A stretch of 63,992 nt of DNA, counting the filler, from Candidatus Hydrogenedentota bacterium (GTDB lineage Bacteria; JBFMHD01): assembly GCA_040752395.1 (NCBI GenBank). It is 12 parts of 12 records of this genome, joined end to end, with 100 filler letters (N's around TTAATTAATTAA, not from the genome) between each part and the next. Parts side by side here need not be neighbours in the genome. Positions count along the whole stretch, not along the records: positions 56,602 to 62,005 come from JBFMHD010000190.1; positions 62,106 to 63,992 come from JBFMHD010000325.1; 10 more parts are not named here. One strand, given 5' to 3'. Of the stretch, positions 60,219 through 63,992 are shown in pieces. The first letter of the stretch is position 1. The number at the start of each line of letters is the position of its first letter. Below the pieces are notes generated by a model. The model was given only the letters and a program-made list of their open reading frames with translations, did no database searches and was not told where the DNA came from. The position numbers and the translations under genes were made by a program.

Positions 60219-61804
60219 TAAATTTGTTTCTCCATTTTTTTATTTATTTCTTTCATAAATTTGCTAATCTCCTTTTTGTTATAACCGGCATAGGAAAGCC
60301 AGGCATCGAAATCACCCCGCTCTACATAACCCTTCAACTCATCTAAAGATAGGCTCAAAGAGAGCTCTTTTAATTCTTCTATGTTTGCTGCTTCTTTACC
60401 ATCTTCGAAAATAAAAGATTCTATTTCGAGTTCTTTTTTCTCTGGTTCTTTCTTTTCTTCTTTTGGTTCCTTGACTTTTTCTTTCTCCTTCAGCTCTTTT
60501 ATAACCTTCTCCTTCTCTAAATCAGCTTTTTCTTTAAGTTTTAATACCGCCTTCAATATCTTCTCAGCACTCTTTAACCCGATACCATCAATTTTTGCAA
60601 GGTCTTCAGGTGTTTTATCAAGTAAATTACGCACAATGGTATAACCACTTGCGATAAGTTTCTGTAAAGTCTTTTCACCAATACCATCAAGGTCCTTCAC
60701 AGCTGTATCTTCAAATGCTCTCTGTATCCCCTGGATAGCATCAAACTCAGAAAAAGCCGCTTTCTTTTTAATCTCAGCATCACTCTTTATATCTATCTTC
60801 CAACCAGTAAGTTTAGCAGCTAATCTCACATTCTGTCCTGCTTTTCCTATGGCGAGTGATTGTTTATCCTGCGGAACTATTACTGATGCTTCCTTTTCTG
60901 CTTCATTTATTTCTATTGTAATAACAGGTGCGGGTGATAATGCATTTATAATAAAATTATTTATATTTTCATCCCATTTAATTATATCTATTTTTTCACC
61001 GTTTAATTCTCTCATAATAGTCTGAATCCTTGTTCCGCGCTGCCCAACACAGGTGCCGATAGGGTCTATCTCCTGCTTTGTACTCTTTATAGCTACTTTT
61101 GTTCTGTAACCGGCTTCTCGCGCTATCTCTTTAATCTCAAGGGTATTGTCTGCTATTTCAGGAACCTCAGACTCAAATAACCGTCTGACTAAATCAGAAT
61201 GAGTGCGAGAGACAATCACCTGAGCCTGGGAACCTTTTGTAAGCTCTTTAACCTCAAGTATTATTACGCGTATCCGCTGCTCAGGTACATAGGTATCATT
61301 TGGCATCTGCTCTTTTTTAGGTAGCAATGCCTCAACCCTACCTATTGTCAAAAATACATTGCCTTTGCTGATACGCTGAATCCTTGCATTAACAAGTTCT
61401 CCTTGTTTGTTTTTAAACTCATCATATATCATCCCTTTTTCAGCACGCCTTAACTCTTGCTGAAAAACGTTTTTTACTGTTAAAGCAGCTATTCTATTAA
61501 AATCTTTTGGTTTGATCTCAAGTTCAATAAAATCATCTATTTTCACGGACTTCTTATAATTCTTTGCTTCTTCAAAAGATATCTCATACTGTTTGTCTAT
61601 CAGGTTTTCAACAACCCGACGTGTTGAAAAAATTCTTATGTTACCTTTCTTTTTATCAAACTCTACTTTAACATTATCAGTTTCACCATAATTCTTCTTG
61701 TACGCTTTCAAAATCGCTTCTTCAATGATATCGATTAATATATTTTGCGGTACACCCTTTTCTTCTTCTAATTCTTTTAATGCTGATACAAACGCTGTTT
61801 CCAT
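60218..61804 (-). CDS. nusA: Transcription factor NusA with HhH and extra C-terminal domain
   Basis: AREAGYRTK, CVGQRGTRI, AIGKAGQNVRLA; true ATG 61804. Confidence 0.95.
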   Translation of the reverse strand: METAFVSALKELEEEKGVPQNILIDIIEEAILKAYKKNYGETDNVKVEFDKKKGNIRIFSTRRVVENLIDKQYEISFEEAKNYKKSVKIDDFIELEIKPKDFNRIAALTVKNVFQQELRRAEKGMIYDEFKNKQGELVNARIQRISKGNVFLTIGRVEALLPKKEQMPNDTYVPEQRIRVIILEVKELTKGSQAQVIVSRTHSDLVRRLFESEVPEIADNTLEIKEIAREAGYRTKVAIKSTKQEIDPIGTCVGQRGTRIQTIMRELNGEKIDIIKWDENINNFIINALSPAPVITIEINEAEKEASVIVPQDKQSLAIGKAGQNVRLAAKLTGWKIDIKSDAEIKKKAAFSEFDAIQGIQRAFEDTAVKDLDGIGEKTLQKLIASGYTIVRNLLDKTPEDLAKIDGIGLKSAEKILKAVLKLKEKADLEKEKVIKELKEKEKVKEPKEEKKEPEKKELEIESFIFEDGKEAANIEELKELSLSLSLDELKGYVERGDFDAWLSYAGYNKKEISKFMKEINKKMEKQI

Positions 61805-61810
61805 TTTAAA

Positions 61811-61980
61811 TCCTCCCTCAAAAAACCTCGTAACTATAATAATATCAAGTAGAAGCAAGAAGCAAGAAGTCTGACTCCTGACTCCTAACTCCTAATTTTG
61901 AATTTTTAATTTAACTTTCTGCCTCTGTGCCTTTGTGCCTCTGTGCCTTTCCTTTGAATCTTTCAATCTTTCAATCTGTA
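61811..61980 (-). repeat. Mosaic element providing the nusA SD
   Basis: AAGATTGA, GGCACAGA, GGAGTCA, GCAAGAA repeats; terminal module 61811-61843. Confidence 0.88.
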
Positions 61981-62321
61981 GAGTAGAGCGCTGGCGCAGT
62001 AGGATNNNNNNNNNNNNNNNNNNNNNNNNNNNNNNNNNNNNNNNNNNNNTTAATTAATTAANNNNNNNNNNNNNNNNNNNNNNNNNNNNNNNNNNNNNNN
62101 NNNNNTTTTATATAAATTATACTTTTTAAGTTTTTAAGTAATAAAACATAAAAAGTATATCAAATAGAAACATATAGTAAATAATAAAAAGAAAACTTGT
62201 TTTTATAGAAAATTTAGCAGATTTTTTAGTTCTAACTTGAATAAATTATTTAAATATCGAGTATAACCACTAAAAATAAACTCGCAGTTTAATTCGAAGC
62301 AATCTTTGTTGATAAAATAAA

Positions 62322-62386
62322 ATGAGTGGTCGGCGTGTTTTTTCCGACTGCTCATCCTGAAGCCCGAAGGGCTGAAGTATCTCTAT
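62322..62386 (+). repeat. Hairpin-containing repeat with a diverged direct copy at 63745-63810
   Basis: ATGAGTGGTCGG..CCGACTGCTCAT..GCTGAAGTATCTCTAT. Confidence 0.7.
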
Positions 62387-62402
62387 GTATCTTTGAAAAG
62401 TC

Positions 62403-62422
62403 TGTGAATAACCTGTGAATAA
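62403..62422 (-). promoter_or_regulatory. Two tandem DnaA boxes (TTATTCACA) just upstream of dnaA
   Basis: TGTGAATAA at 62403-62411 and 62414-62422. Confidence 0.7.
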
Positions 62423-62425
62423 TTT

Positions 62426-63748
62426 ATGGAAATTTCAGATGTCTGGCAAAAATTAAACGAACAATTACGAGAGCTCCTCAGTAAACATACGTATCAAACT
62501 TACTTCTCTACCTTGAAACCTCATTCATTATCGAACAACATTTTATATATCAAGACAGACAACGCATTTCTCAAAGACTGGTTAACAGAGCATTATAAAG
62601 AAATAGTAGATGATTGTTTACTAAAAACGTTCTCTAAAGAAATCTCTGCAAACTTCATCTGTGAAAATACATCTACTACAATTACTACAATTGAACCAGA
62701 AACCCCGCAATATGTAAAAACCAATAAAAAATTTTTTTCAGTTTATACTTTTGAAAACTTTATTATAGGTGAATCAAATCAATTCGCTTATGCATCATGT
62801 AAATCTGTTGCCTCTAAACCTGCAAAAACCTATAATCCTTTACTTATATATGCTGGTTCAGGTTTAGGCAAGACCCATTTACTTCAAGCGATAGCGAACA
62901 AAATTCTCGAAACTAATAAAGATGCAAAAGTAATATATTTAACCAGTGAACGTTTTATAAATGAATATATTGATTCTCTTGCTAAACATAAGATAAAAGC
63001 ATTCCAATATAAATACAGAAATGCAGAGGTATTACTAATTGATGATATCCACTTTCTTGCTGGTAAAACCCGTTCCCAGGAAGAATTCTTCCATACATTT
63101 AACACCTTATATGAATCAAAATGTCAAATAGTAATGACAAGCGACAGACCTCCAAGAGATATAAAAGAGCTGGAGGAGAGATTACGTACAAGACTTGAAT
63201 GGGGTTTAATAGCAGACATACAGCCTCCATCACTTGAGACCCGTATAGCTATTCTTAAGTCCAAATTAAAGAATCTTAATGTTAAAATTCCTGATTCTGT
63301 GCTTGAATTTATCTCACAGAACGTATACTCAAACATTAGAGAGTTAGAGAGTGCCTTACTAAAAATTATTGCTGCAAGCAATTTAACAAACAAGGAAATT
63401 AATTTAGAAAACTCAAAAAATATACTTAAAGATCTTATTAAAACAGAAAATTCATCTCAATCAACAATAAGCATAGATAATATAAAACAGCGTGTTTCCA
63501 AATATTTTAATATCTCGGTCAATGATTTACTATGTAAGAAACGCTCTAAAAATCTTGTATTACCCCGGCATATAGCTATGTATCTTTCAAGAAAACTTAC
63601 CCCATATTCTTTACCAGAATTAGGTCAAGCTTTTGGTGGTAAAGACCATGTTACTATCTTACATGCTCATAAAAAGATTCTTTCTTTGATAGATAAAGAT
63701 ATAAAACTTAGACAGGATATCCATAATTTAGAACAATCATTAAAATGA
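62426..63748 (+). CDS. dnaA: Chromosomal replication initiator
   Basis: YTFENF, GLGKTHLL, LLIDDIHF, EEFFHTFN, GGKDHVT. Confidence 0.98.
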   Translation: MEISDVWQKLNEQLRELLSKHTYQTYFSTLKPHSLSNNILYIKTDNAFLKDWLTEHYKEIVDDCLLKTFSKEISANFICENTSTTITTIEPETPQYVKTNKKFFSVYTFENFIIGESNQFAYASCKSVASKPAKTYNPLLIYAGSGLGKTHLLQAIANKILETNKDAKVIYLTSERFINEYIDSLAKHKIKAFQYKYRNAEVLLIDDIHFLAGKTRSQEEFFHTFNTLYESKCQIVMTSDRPPRDIKELEERLRTRLEWGLIADIQPPSLETRIAILKSKLKNLNVKIPDSVLEFISQNVYSNIRELESALLKIIAASNLTNKEINLENSKNILKDLIKTENSSQSTISIDNIKQRVSKYFNISVNDLLCKKRSKNLVLPRHIAMYLSRKLTPYSLPELGQAFGGKDHVTILHAHKKILSLIDKDIKLRQDIHNLEQSLK

Positions 63749-63992
63749 GCAGTTCGGCGAGTTTTTTCCGAATACTTATCTTAAAGTCTAAAAAGCTGAA
63801 GGATCTCTATAGTAGGGGCAAATTTATTCGTTTAAGTAGTGGCGCAGAGAGAGTTTGTCTGTAAAAAACTTGTTGCAAATTTGTTCATTTATTGTTAATA
63901 TTTAATAAAAAAAGAAATTATTAAAAGGTTATTAAAAATCTATTAGTAATTTTTTAACATTTTTTTAGCATATTTATTTGTAATGAGGTTAA

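Noticed and set aside
5705-62105. Recurrent TTAATTAATTAA flanked by N runs; ORFs ending LIN
   Set aside because: Artificial contig linker with stops in all frames; not biological

Overview
AT-rich bacterial draft genome or MAG. About 12 short contigs are joined by artificial N44-TTAATTAATTAA-N44 linkers, and there is one 100-N scaffold gap, so adjacency across linkers means nothing. Housekeeping content: treS-pep2 fusion; a DRTGG/PHP/HATPase operon ending in a NuoG-N/HdrA fusion; murA-flgFGAH; PIN/TRAM-ispD-ispF-gltX-cysS; ptsN-hprK-ptsH-ptsI-lepA; a secreted pullulanase and other glycoside hydrolases; tRNA-Pro; trpF-speB; glycosyltransferases; nusA-infB-DUF503-rbfA-nrnA; dnaA. The standout is a dense family (about 20 loci) of mosaic intergenic elements. 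They are built from shuffled conserved modules and 7/8-bp tandem repeats, often begin at an upstream stop codon, and end in a conserved ~30-bp module (ATTATTAGAGTTACAGCGTTTTTCAGAGGAGG) that supplies the Shine-Dalgarno of the next gene, including nusA, flgG, ptsN and trpF. The same repeat units flank, as inverted arrays, an unannotated and internally deleted four-helix-bundle (23S-IVP/bAvd-like) gene, and also occur in frame inside three enzymes. Also present: two attC-like hairpins, one following a GHMP-kinase-like/class III cyclase fusion; a RelE-type TA module between 26-bp direct repeats; and several TA/IS remnants. All family calls come from motif recognition by eye, not database searches.
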